The notes under the pieces: model-generated
What the model was told of the DNA's origin: nothing
The model's input: the letters and a program-made list of their open reading frames with translations, nothing else
Database searches by the model: none
Source of the DNA: Geotalea daltonii FRC-32
GTDB lineage: Bacteria > Desulfobacterota > Desulfuromonadia > Geobacterales > Geobacteraceae
DNA: 32,000 nucleotides
Assembly: GCF_000022265.1 (NCBI RefSeq)
Contig: NC_011979.1
Span: 2,550,001 to 2,582,000 of the forward strand
Direction of reading: 5' to 3'
Shown here: positions 24,555 to 32,000 of the stretch, one piece after another
Numbering within the stretch: the stretch's first letter is position 1
How the letters are laid out: every line of letters starts with the position of its first letter
Translations under genes and position numbers: made by a program

Positions 24555-26534
24555 ATGAAAAAACTACTCGTAGGATTAGCGTTAGCCCTTTCCGTGGGCT
24601 CAATGGCTTTCGCAGAGGAGCAGAAAGCTCCTGCCGGGGCAGTCGCTGCACCGGCCGCCCAGACAGCCACTCCGGCATCTTCTACAGCTCCTGCAGCTAT
24701 GCAGGCAGTGCCCGCTCCTGCTGCCAAGCCTGCCAGTGACGGCAAGCTCAAGGCGAACCCGAAAGTCACCATCCCGATCTTCCTGATCATCATCGGTGCT
24801 ACAATGTGCGTAGTCGTCTGGTCTGCAAAGCGGACCAAGTCTGCTGCAGATTTTTATACCGCTGGCGGCGGCATCACCGGCACACAGAACGGTTGGGCTA
24901 TTGCCGGTGATTACATGTCGGCCGCTTCCTTTCTGGGTATATCCGGCATGATCTCCCTGTATGGCTATGACGGGTTCATGTACTCGGTCGGCTGGCTGGT
25001 GGCCTACATCACGGTCCTTCTGATCGTCGCCGAACCATGCCGTAACGCAGGCAAGTACACCCTGGGCGATATCCTTTCCTTCCGCACCGAGCCCAAACCT
25101 GTCCGTGCTGTGGCTGCTATCTCCGTTGTTGCGGTCTCCACCTTCTATCTCACCGCGCAAATGGTAGGTGCCGGCAAACTGATGCAGCTTCTTCTCGGGA
25201 TCAATTACAAATTTGCCATCATCGGCGTCGGTATTCTGATGGTCGGCTATGTTGTTTTCGGCGGCATGACCGCCACCACCTGGGTACAGATCATCAAGGC
25301 CGGCCTGCTTATGACCGGTGCTGCAATTCTTTCATTGCTGGTAATGATCAAATCGAATATGAACCCGATTCAGTTCTTTAATGATATCGCAACTAATCCC
25401 AATATTGCAGATCATGTGAAATTGCTGCCGATCTATCTGAAAGAGCTCGATGCAGGCACTGCCACGGCGGATGCCGGCCAGCGTTTCCTGGAGCCGGGCC
25501 TGTTCCTCACCAACCCGCTCGACCAGATCTCTCTCGGTATGGCACTGGTCCTCGGTACTGCCGGTATGCCGCACATCCTTATGCGCTTTTTCACCGTACC
25601 GACTGCCCAGGCAGCTCGTAAATCGGTTATCGTTGCCATGTGGATCATTGGTTCCTTCTACATTCTTACTACGCTGCTCGGGTTCGGTGCTGCGATCCAC
25701 CTCAGTCCGCAGGGGATCCAGAAGGTTGACAAAGGCGGCAACATGGCTGCCATGATGTTGGCCAAGGCCATGGGGGGGGATATCTCTCCGTTTGTCGGCG
25801 ATCTGCTGCTGGCCTTCCTCTGTGCTGTTGCCTTCGCCACCATCCTGGCGGTTGTCTCCGGTCTGGTTCTGGCAGCTTCCGCAGCCATTGCCCATGACAT
25901 CTATGTCAACGTGATCAAAGACGGGCATGCCGACCAGCATGAGCAGGTCATGGCAGCCAGGATAACCTCTCTGGTTGTCGGTGCCATGGGTATCGTTATC
26001 GGTATCGCGGCAGAAAAACAAAACGTCGCCCATCTTGTTGCACTTGCCTTTGCAGTTGCTTCATCAGGTAACCTGCCTGTTGTTGTCCTTTCGCTCTTCT
26101 GGAGAAAGTTCAACACCGCGGGTGTCATTTCCGGACTGCTTGTCGGCACCATTGCTTCCATCGGCCTGGTTATGGTTTCTCCCAACATGACCTACCCGAA
26201 CAAGGTGGCTGATGATGCCAAGAAGGCCTACACCTTGCTGGAGAAGGAAATTGCCGCTGGCAAGGTGGCTCCGGATGCGATGGATAAAACCTTGAAGACC
26301 ATCGCGGAGAAAAAGGATGTTGAAGTCAAGAATCGTGGCGGCAAATCAATGATGGGTCTGGAAAAACCTCTCTTCACCCTGAAAAATCCAGGCATCATCT
26401 CCATTCCTCTTGGATTCATGGCTGCTATTTTGGGCGCTCTTGCCTTCCCCAGCCGCCGTTCGGAAGAAATGTTCGACGAGATCTACGTCCGCCAGAATAC
26501 CGGCATTGGTATGGCCAAGGCTATAGATCACTAA
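24555..26534 (+). CDS. actP: Cation/acetate symporter ActP (SSF family), 659 aa, with a signal peptide and an Ala/Pro-rich N-terminal linker
   Basis: DFYTAGGGITGTQNGWAIAGDYMSAASFLGISG is the ActP/SSF signature. The protein has about 13-14 TM segments. The N-terminal MKKLLVGLALALSVGSMAFA is followed by about 50 aa of A/P/T/Q-rich sequence. Confidence 0.92.
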   Translation: MKKLLVGLALALSVGSMAFAEEQKAPAGAVAAPAAQTATPASSTAPAAMQAVPAPAAKPASDGKLKANPKVTIPIFLIIIGATMCVVVWSAKRTKSAADFYTAGGGITGTQNGWAIAGDYMSAASFLGISGMISLYGYDGFMYSVGWLVAYITVLLIVAEPCRNAGKYTLGDILSFRTEPKPVRAVAAISVVAVSTFYLTAQMVGAGKLMQLLLGINYKFAIIGVGILMVGYVVFGGMTATTWVQIIKAGLLMTGAAILSLLVMIKSNMNPIQFFNDIATNPNIADHVKLLPIYLKELDAGTATADAGQRFLEPGLFLTNPLDQISLGMALVLGTAGMPHILMRFFTVPTAQAARKSVIVAMWIIGSFYILTTLLGFGAAIHLSPQGIQKVDKGGNMAAMMLAKAMGGDISPFVGDLLLAFLCAVAFATILAVVSGLVLAASAAIAHDIYVNVIKDGHADQHEQVMAARITSLVVGAMGIVIGIAAEKQNVAHLVALAFAVASSGNLPVVVLSLFWRKFNTAGVISGLLVGTIASIGLVMVSPNMTYPNKVADDAKKAYTLLEKEIAAGKVAPDAMDKTLKTIAEKKDVEVKNRGGKSMMGLEKPLFTLKNPGIISIPLGFMAAILGALAFPSRRSEEMFDEIYVRQNTGIGMAKAIDH

Positions 26535-26561
26535 TCAAACGCTTTTACATGTGATAGGATT

Positions 26562-26590
26562 GGGGGAGGCTTCGGCCTTCCCCATTTTTT
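26562..26590 (+). terminator. Rho-independent terminator after actP
   Basis: GGGGGAGGC-TTCG-GCCTTCCCC (one bulged base) is followed by ATTTTTT (26584-26590). Confidence 0.8.
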
Positions 26591-26601
26591 ATGGATCTAA
26601 C

Positions 26602-27831
26602 ATGCCCTCACAGAATGTCATGACAGAAGAGTCCCCTGAAGCGGTCGTCAATACCGCCATGGAGCAGGTGTTGCGTTTTCTTCCCTTACTGGAAAGGGAA
26701 GAATCCTTGCGCTTTCTCCGTTTTTTGTCAGAAAACGTCAATGGTGAAATAGACAGAATAAATACTTTTTCAACCCGTGAGATCGAACTACGGCAACGGG
26801 CTTCAGTTGAAACAGACTTTGCAGTCCTCACGGAAATCCATGACGCTCTGAACGAGCTTGAGCTGGAGAGGTTTCTCAAGACCCTTTCGGTACCGGCGCT
26901 GCACAGGAACTGCACAGACTATAGGGATCTTCTGGCGGGGCGGGTCCTGGAATTGGTCAGCCAGGAGATGGAACGATCGGGTAAGGGAGCTCCACCGTTA
27001 TCATTTGCCCTGATAAGCATGGGAAGCGATGGCCGGGAAGAGCAGACGCTGATAACCGACCAGGATTACCTTATCGTTTATGAAGACGGTGGCGGTGAGG
27101 CCGCCGACAACTATTTCAGGGAATTCTCGGAACTTCTGGTGGAGAAACTTGCCGAGGTGGGCTTCAAGAAATGCACCGGCGATATCATGCCCACCAACCA
27201 GACCTGGAGAGGTTCCCTTGCCCAATGGAAAAGGCGTCTTCTCGCCATCGTCCGCTATGAGTTTGCAGACTACGCTAAAAATCTCATGGATTTGATCGTC
27301 CTTTCCGACGCCCGCTATGTGGCCGGCGAGCGAGAGCTGGCCGACCAGCTGGTTTCCACCATTCGCGCCTTTCAGCAGGATTACTTTCAGGTTTTATGGG
27401 GGATGGCCAAGGCCGCCACCGAAATGAAACTTGCTTTGGGCTTCCTGAAGAGGCTCTGGACCGAAGGATCGGGAGATCATAAGGGAGAATTCAACCTCAA
27501 GCTGCTCGCCTGGGCGCCGCTGGTCATGAATGTGCGCATCCTGGCCATCAATCAGGCAATTCCTGCAACCAACACCCTGCAGCGAATAGAATTTCTTGAA
27601 AAGGAAAAGAGCCTTTCGCATACCATGGCCATCGGCTTGAAAGATGCCTACCATATTCTTACCAGACATCGGATTCTGCTCCAGATCAAGGTGATAAAGG
27701 GAATCGAAAAGGACTCTTACCATCTGAACCCTTATCAGCTGCCGACGGAAGAGCGTGAGCGTATCCGGCACGCCCTGCTGCGCATCGAGGAACTTCAGAA
27801 GACTATCCATGTGAATTTCTCCATCATGTAG
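26602..27831 (+). CDS. DUF294/DUF294_C putative nucleotidyltransferase (GlnD-like NTase fold) lacking cNMP/CBS sensor domains, 409 aa
   Basis: PPLSFALISMGSDGREEQTLITDQDYLIVYEDGG matches the GS-x-GR-x-E...DQD NTase motif of DUF294. The C-terminal helical region is consistent with DUF294_C. The start is set at the first ATG after the terminator (26602). The RBS is weak and an alternative ATG lies at 26620. Confidence 0.7.
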   Translation: MPSQNVMTEESPEAVVNTAMEQVLRFLPLLEREESLRFLRFLSENVNGEIDRINTFSTREIELRQRASVETDFAVLTEIHDALNELELERFLKTLSVPALHRNCTDYRDLLAGRVLELVSQEMERSGKGAPPLSFALISMGSDGREEQTLITDQDYLIVYEDGGGEAADNYFREFSELLVEKLAEVGFKKCTGDIMPTNQTWRGSLAQWKRRLLAIVRYEFADYAKNLMDLIVLSDARYVAGERELADQLVSTIRAFQQDYFQVLWGMAKAATEMKLALGFLKRLWTEGSGDHKGEFNLKLLAWAPLVMNVRILAINQAIPATNTLQRIEFLEKEKSLSHTMAIGLKDAYHILTRHRILLQIKVIKGIEKDSYHLNPYQLPTEERERIRHALLRIEELQKTIHVNFSIM

Positions 27832-27962
27832 TCCGGTAGATTTCCCGCAAGATCTCAATCGCCATCGGGTTGATCCCTGTTTGCTGCCGGTTGTGACAAA
27901 TGGCTGGATTTTTTTTTCGTGTATACATAATATGCCCTGAATCCCCGTAGATTTGGACCCTC

Positions 27963-29927
27963 ATGCATAGATACCTTTTCAAATTCATGAATAACCTGCG
28001 GCTTCGCTGGAAGCTGCTGGTGGTGGTTCTGCCGCTGGTTGTCATTCCCATCTTCCTCGTTGGCGGAGTGATCGGCTATATTTCCACCCAGCAGGCCTAT
28101 CTGGGCATAACCCAGACCAGTAAGGCTGATTTGGAGCACATGGCCAGCTTCACCATTGATCTTCTCAAGTCTCACCATCAGCAATTTCAGGTCTACAAGC
28201 AGGACAAGGAGCGCAGTTTCAACCTTGAACTGGCGACACTGACAAACCTGGCCTACAATATGGTGGAAGCCGAACATCGGCAGATGAAGAGCGGCCACAT
28301 CGATCCGGCGACCGCCATGCTTGAGGCCCGAAAGGCTCTGAAAAAGGTCAACGTGGGGGAGACCGGCTATATTTATGCCATGTCCAGTAAGGGTGATCTG
28401 CAGGTCCACATTGCCCGCGAAGGCGACAACGTCTATAACGAGAAGGACGAAAACGGCAGATACTTCATCCGCGAGATGTGCCAGCGGGCGCTCAAATCCA
28501 GATCGGGAGAAGTTCTTTTCATTGTCTATCCCTGGCGAAACGCCATTCTCGGGGACAAGGCGCCGCGGAAAAAGGTTGTTGCTTACCGGTATTTCAAGGA
28601 GTGGGACTGGATTATTGCTGCAGGCGGTTATCTGGAAGAGACCTACGGGGATGTCAATTTTGAAAAGCGCGCCTTTGCCGAGTTGAAGGCAAAGATAAAA
28701 GCTAAGCAGGTGGGTAAGACCGGCTATATCTTCTGCATGGACAGCAAGGGTAACTTTACCGTTCATCCCGGCGGCGAGGGGAGAAATTTCCTCGATGCCA
28801 AAGATTCAGACGGGAATGAGTTTATCCGGGAGATGTGTGTCAACAAGACCGGTTGGATCCGCTATCCGTGGAAAAATGCCGGGGACAGCGTGCCGCGGAT
28901 GAAAATCGTACGTTATGAGTATTTCCAGCCATGGGACTGGGTTGTGGCGGTCGGCTCCTATGAAGATGAATTTTATCAAGAAGCCAAGGATATCAATCGG
29001 CGCATCCTTGAAAGCATGATCGTTCTCACCATCCTTGTCTGCATCATTGCCGCGGCGCTGGTCTTTCTCGCTTCCAAGGTGCTTACCGATCCCATCAACC
29101 ACATGATCGAGGTCATCCGCAAGGTAAAGCAGGGGCGTTTCAATGAGCGGATGGCTGTGGATGCCGACGACGAGCTGGGCGAACTGGCCAAGGCCTTCAA
29201 CCACATGACCAGGATCATCAACCGCAACAAGGAGATGGCGGCCAATCTGGCCCAGCAAGGAAAGATGGCCTCGCTGGGGGTTCTTTCTTCAGGGGTGGCC
29301 CATGAGATCAATAATCCACTCGGGGTAATACTGGGCTATGCCGGATACCTGGAAGGAAAGCTGTCACCGGATGACCCCAATTACCGGTTTGTCCATGAGA
29401 TCAAGCGGGAAAGCAAACGCTGCAAGAAGATCGTCCAGGACCTGCTCAGTTATGCCCGGACCCCGAAACCGACTCTGGAAAATACCGATATCAATGCTCT
29501 GCTCGATCAGATCGTCGATTTTGCCGCCAATCATACTGATATGCACCACGTTTCCGTGGTAAAGGAATTCGCTGGTGAGTTGCCCACCATCATGGCGGAC
29601 GGGGATCAGCTGCGCCAGGTGGCCATCAACCTGATCCTCAATTCCGGCGCTGCCATGCAGAGCGGTGGTCGTCTCATTGTCGGCAGCAGGCTTGAGAACA
29701 GCTTCATCTTTCTGACTTTTGCCGACAATGGGGCAGGTATCTCCCCTGAAAACCTGGAAAAGATCTTCGAGCCGTTTTTCACCACCAAGACTAAAGGAAC
29801 GGGCTTGGGCCTGGCCATTACCAAGCAGATCATCGAGCAGCATCAGGGGGAGATTACCATAGAGAGTGAGCAGGGGCGGGGCACGACGGTCGTGGTAAAA
29901 CTTCCCCTTGAGCGGGAAGAATTTTAA
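27963..29927 (+). CDS. Sensor histidine kinase with two tandem sCache_2-like periplasmic modules, TM, HAMP, HisKA and HATPase, 654 aa
   Basis: Internal duplication: [15 protein letters not shown]...YPWRN...[23 protein letters not shown] and [16 protein letters not shown]...YPWKN...[27 protein letters not shown] ([42 protein letters not shown]). H-box [13 protein letters not shown] boxes DNGAGI and GTGLGLAI. Confidence 0.9.
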   Translation: MHRYLFKFMNNLRLRWKLLVVVLPLVVIPIFLVGGVIGYISTQQAYLGITQTSKADLEHMASFTIDLLKSHHQQFQVYKQDKERSFNLELATLTNLAYNMVEAEHRQMKSGHIDPATAMLEARKALKKVNVGETGYIYAMSSKGDLQVHIAREGDNVYNEKDENGRYFIREMCQRALKSRSGEVLFIVYPWRNAILGDKAPRKKVVAYRYFKEWDWIIAAGGYLEETYGDVNFEKRAFAELKAKIKAKQVGKTGYIFCMDSKGNFTVHPGGEGRNFLDAKDSDGNEFIREMCVNKTGWIRYPWKNAGDSVPRMKIVRYEYFQPWDWVVAVGSYEDEFYQEAKDINRRILESMIVLTILVCIIAAALVFLASKVLTDPINHMIEVIRKVKQGRFNERMAVDADDELGELAKAFNHMTRIINRNKEMAANLAQQGKMASLGVLSSGVAHEINNPLGVILGYAGYLEGKLSPDDPNYRFVHEIKRESKRCKKIVQDLLSYARTPKPTLENTDINALLDQIVDFAANHTDMHHVSVVKEFAGELPTIMADGDQLRQVAINLILNSGAAMQSGGRLIVGSRLENSFIFLTFADNGAGISPENLEKIFEPFFTTKTKGTGLGLAITKQIIEQHQGEITIESEQGRGTTVVVKLPLEREEF

Positions 29928-29968
29928 AAAAGTTGTAGCTGGCTTTAAAAACGTGCAAGGACTGACTG

Positions 29969-31351
29969 ATGAGCGATGCAAAACGAGTGATGGTGATCGA
30001 TAACGAGGAAGGGCTGTGCCGGATGATGGAGGCGGTCCTGCTTGATAACGGCTATAGGACCAAGTCGTACCTGAGATCCTTCGAGGCGGTGGAGGAGTTC
30101 GAGGCGGGACAATGGGACCTGGTGGTTACGGATATAAAAATGCCGGTGATGGATGGACTGGAAGTACTGCAAAGGCTGAAGGTGAAGGATCCTGCCATCC
30201 CGGTAATCATGGTGACAGCGTATGCCACGGTGGAAATGTCCATTCAGGCTCTACGCCGTGGTGCCTATGACATGTTGACCAAACCCTTCGAACCGGAGGA
30301 GCTCCTGTATCGGGTGAAAAACGCCCTGAAACATAACCAGTTGATCGTGGAAAACCGGGAATTGCGGGAAGAACTGGTGGGAAAATTCCGCTTTGACAAT
30401 ATCATCGGCGCTTCCGACTCGCTTAAAGCAGTACTGGAAAGGGTGGAGAAAATTGCCATCAGGGACACCTCGGTTTTGATCACCGGCGAGTCCGGAACCG
30501 GGAAGGAGTTGATCGCCCAGGCCATCCACTACAACTCCCTGCGCAAGGAAAACAAGTTCATGGCCATCAACTGTGGCGCCCTGCCGGAATCACTGCTGGA
30601 AAGTGAACTTTTCGGCTACAAAAAGGGTGCTTTCACCGGGGCCAAGGAGAACCGACAGGGGCTTTTGGAGGCGGCAGACGGCGGAACCCTTTTCCTCGAC
30701 GAGGTTGGGAACCTGCCCATGAATGTGCAGAAAACCCTGCTCAGATTCCTCCAGGAACAGGAATTTCATCGGATTGGCGATACAACCCCGACCAAGGTGG
30801 ATGTCCGCATACTCTCTGCCACAAACTCTGATCTGAAGCAGGCAGTTAAAAACGGAGGGTTCCGTGAGGATCTCTACTATCGGCTTAATGTGGTAAATAT
30901 TCACCTTCCCCCCCTGCGTGAAAGGAAAGCGGATATCCCCCTGCTGGCAGCCCACTTCATTGCCCTGCAGAACAAGAAGTTCGATACCTCTATCAAGGGC
31001 CTTTCCCCTGAGGCGATGGAGGCAGTTCTTTCATATGACTGGTCAGGCAATATCCGCCAGTTGAAAAATGTGATCGAGGCATGTCTCGCCATGGAGACCG
31101 GCGAATACATCGGCCTGCCTATCATCTCCCAGTTCATAGAGCTTCCTTCCACCCATGAAGAAGGCCAGACTTCGCTGGATGAGGGAGAATACAACAGGGC
31201 TCTTTCCCGCTTCGAAACCGATTATCTGAAGGGACTGCTGCGCAAGAACTGCGGCAACATAGAGGCCGCGGCCCGCGAGGCTGGCATGAACATGGCTACC
31301 ATCTACCGCAAGATCAAGAAATACAACATCAAGAAAGAAGACTACTGCTGA
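29969..31351 (+). CDS. Sigma-54-dependent response regulator (REC, AAA+ bEBP, Fis-type HTH; NtrC family), 460 aa
   Basis: REC domain (DLVVTDIKMPVMDG). Walker A GESGTGKE. The GAFTGA loop is present as GAFTGA. ESELFGY, Walker B LFLDEV, and RQLKNVIE. The C-terminal HTH is NIEAAAREAGMNMATIYRKIKKY. Confidence 0.94.
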   Translation: MSDAKRVMVIDNEEGLCRMMEAVLLDNGYRTKSYLRSFEAVEEFEAGQWDLVVTDIKMPVMDGLEVLQRLKVKDPAIPVIMVTAYATVEMSIQALRRGAYDMLTKPFEPEELLYRVKNALKHNQLIVENRELREELVGKFRFDNIIGASDSLKAVLERVEKIAIRDTSVLITGESGTGKELIAQAIHYNSLRKENKFMAINCGALPESLLESELFGYKKGAFTGAKENRQGLLEAADGGTLFLDEVGNLPMNVQKTLLRFLQEQEFHRIGDTTPTKVDVRILSATNSDLKQAVKNGGFREDLYYRLNVVNIHLPPLRERKADIPLLAAHFIALQNKKFDTSIKGLSPEAMEAVLSYDWSGNIRQLKNVIEACLAMETGEYIGLPIISQFIELPSTHEEGQTSLDEGEYNRALSRFETDYLKGLLRKNCGNIEAAAREAGMNMATIYRKIKKYNIKKEDYC

Positions 31352-31379
31352 TTAACTGAAGAATTCACCTTTCCCCGTA

Positions 31380-31395
31380 TTTGCAGATTTGCAAA
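31380..31395. promoter_or_regulatory. Candidate upstream activator site 1: TTTGCA-gatt-TGCAAA
   Basis: Perfect 6-bp half-sites in inverted orientation with a 4-bp spacer. This is one of three related palindromes upstream of the sigma-54 promoter. Confidence 0.55.
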
Positions 31396-31408
31396 AAACA
31401 ATAGTGGC

Positions 31409-31424
31409 TTCGCATTTCTGCAAA
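31409..31424. promoter_or_regulatory. Candidate upstream activator site 2: TTCGCA-tttc-TGCAAA
   Basis: Same architecture as site 1 with one mismatch. Its centre lies 29 bp from the centre of site 1. Confidence 0.5.
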
Positions 31425-31515
31425 AAGCACCATGTATGTCCCCTCCATCAATGTAACTTCATAATAATACAATGCTTTTATGGTTCATGCTATCACCTGG
31501 AACCTGTTAATCTGC

Positions 31516-31531
31516 CTTGCACATCTGCAAA
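31516..31531. promoter_or_regulatory. Candidate upstream activator site 3: CTTGCA-catc-TGCAAA
   Basis: TTGCA-N4-TGCAA is perfect here. Its centre lies about 85 bp upstream of the -24 element. Confidence 0.5.
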
Positions 31532-31605
31532 AGGCCGCCCCTCCATTTTTTGGATATTTCTGCCTAAGTATCTGTTACGTAAAGTATTTATTGTTAGTTT
31601 TCCCT

Positions 31606-31623
31606 TTGGTACGGGGGTTGCTT
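31606..31623 (+). promoter_or_regulatory. Sigma-54 (-24/-12) promoter
   Basis: TTGGTACGGGGGTTGCTT compared with the consensus YTGGCACG-N4-TTGCW. GG is at 31608-31609 and GC at 31620-31621, with exact spacing and a single C-to-T deviation. The predicted TSS is near 31632-31634. Confidence 0.75.
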
Positions 31624-31744
31624 ATACTGTTTACAGTTGCTCCTTTCATTGTAGGGGATGATATCGGTGATGTTGGGAGGCTGATCCGATGTCATCCTGT
31701 ACAGCTACCAGCAAAGCCTTCAGGCTTACACATATGAGGTCCCA

Positions 31745-31936
31745 ATGAAGGTTGAGACAGTTTGTCCCTTCTACGGAAAAAACGATGACTTTTGCGATGT
31801 GGGGTGCGGTTACATATCGCCGCACGACGTCAATCAGATCATAAAGTATTGCAGTTGTCGGTACAAAGAGTGTCTGAAATACCAGGAACTGTCTGACCGA
31901 CTGCCCAAGGAAAGTTTCGAACCAGCAAAATGCTGA
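31745..31936 (+). CDS. Small Cys-rich protein of unknown function, 63 aa (7 Cys)
   Basis: The ATG at 31745 lies 5 nt after GAGG (31736-31739). It is the first ORF downstream of the sigma-54 promoter. Cys residues are at 7, 17, 21, 36, 38, 43 and 63 (CPFY-x7-C-x3-C ... C-x-C-x4-C). No family is recognised. Confidence 0.6.
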   Translation: MKVETVCPFYGKNDDFCDVGCGYISPHDVNQIIKYCSCRYKECLKYQELSDRLPKESFEPAKC

Positions 31937-31956
31937 TTTACTAAGGAGGTAACACC

Positions 31957-32000
31957 ATGCTTTACAATCTTAGTCTGCATCTCAATGCTTTTTATGTGCC
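31957..32000 (+). CDS. 5' end of an unidentified gene (MLYNLSLHLNAFYV...), truncated by the window end
   Basis: The ATG at 31957 lies 7 nt after a strong AAGGAGG (31943-31949) and 20 nt after the stop of the Cys-rich ORF, so it is probably co-transcribed. Confidence 0.45.
   Translation, partial: MLYNLSLHLNAFYV

Noticed and set aside
24600-26033. Minus-strand ORFs of 186 aa (24600..25160) and 233 aa (25332..26033) opposite actP
   Set aside because: They are antisense to a transporter with clear SSF motifs, and they contain no hydrophobic or catalytic motifs.
27855-28766. Unusually long (303-aa) antisense ORF across the Cache region of the histidine kinase
   Set aside because: The plus-strand frame shows a clean internal duplication of Cache motifs and continues into HAMP/HisKA. 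The antisense ORF has no motifs or RBS, and its start lies inside the intergenic terminator region. It is most likely a chance open frame.
31406-31423. TGGCTTCGCATTTCTGCA as a second sigma-54 promoter
   Set aside because: The GG-to-GC spacing is 2 nt too long for a -24/-12 promoter. The TGCAAA part is better explained as activator site 2.
31389-31737. ORFs 31389..31661 (90 aa) and 31480..31737 (85 aa) in the regulator-to-Cys-ORF spacer
   Set aside because: They have no RBS and are Cys/Phe/Leu-rich low-information sequence. They span the palindromes and the sigma-54 promoter, so the region is better explained as regulatory DNA.

Overview
Family assignments below come from reading motifs by eye, because no database search was possible. 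The window looks like a mostly housekeeping chromosomal segment of a sigma-54-using, Desulfuromonadales/Geobacter-like deltaproteobacterium. That placement is inferred only from gene content and roughly 50% GC.

I can support about 31 protein genes:
- Redox and quinone: hemerythrin, ubiE/menG, a phasin-like gene overlapping a ubiB-family kinase.
- Envelope: a cdaA fused to a YbbR/CdaR-like domain, a LysM-NlpC/P60 hydrolase, a 1077-aa AsmA/YhdP-like protein, lpxC, and two lipoproteins.
- Signalling: an orphan NtrY-like kinase, plus a tandem-Cache histidine kinase with an NtrC-type sigma-54 activator.
- RNA and tRNA: queH-DUF2905 and rtcB-archease.
- DNA maintenance: yebC-ruvC-ruvA, ruvB, and an Hda-like gene.
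- Acetate uptake: iclR-yjcH-actP-DUF294.
- Other: a B12-radical-SAM/TPR protein.

I saw no rRNA, tRNA, CRISPR array, transposase or prophage genes.

Features not explained by ordinary annotation:
1. A complete sigma-54 control module sits at the 3' end. It has three TTGCA-N4-TGCAA palindromes, a near-consensus -24/-12 promoter and a structured leader. It drives a 63-aa Cys-rich protein and a gene cut by the window end.
2. A 167-bp foldback, MITE-like element with perfect 21-bp termini lies exactly at the stop codon of the Hda-like gene and upstream of rtcB.
3. The ruvA-ruvB junction is split by a 491-bp insert. The insert carries an orphan DUF2442-like ORF and a new promoter for ruvB.
4. CdaA and its regulator domain are fused in one ORF.

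I did not find a convincing multi-gene novel system (such as a defence island) within this window. The sigma-54 target operon runs off the end and is the best lead.
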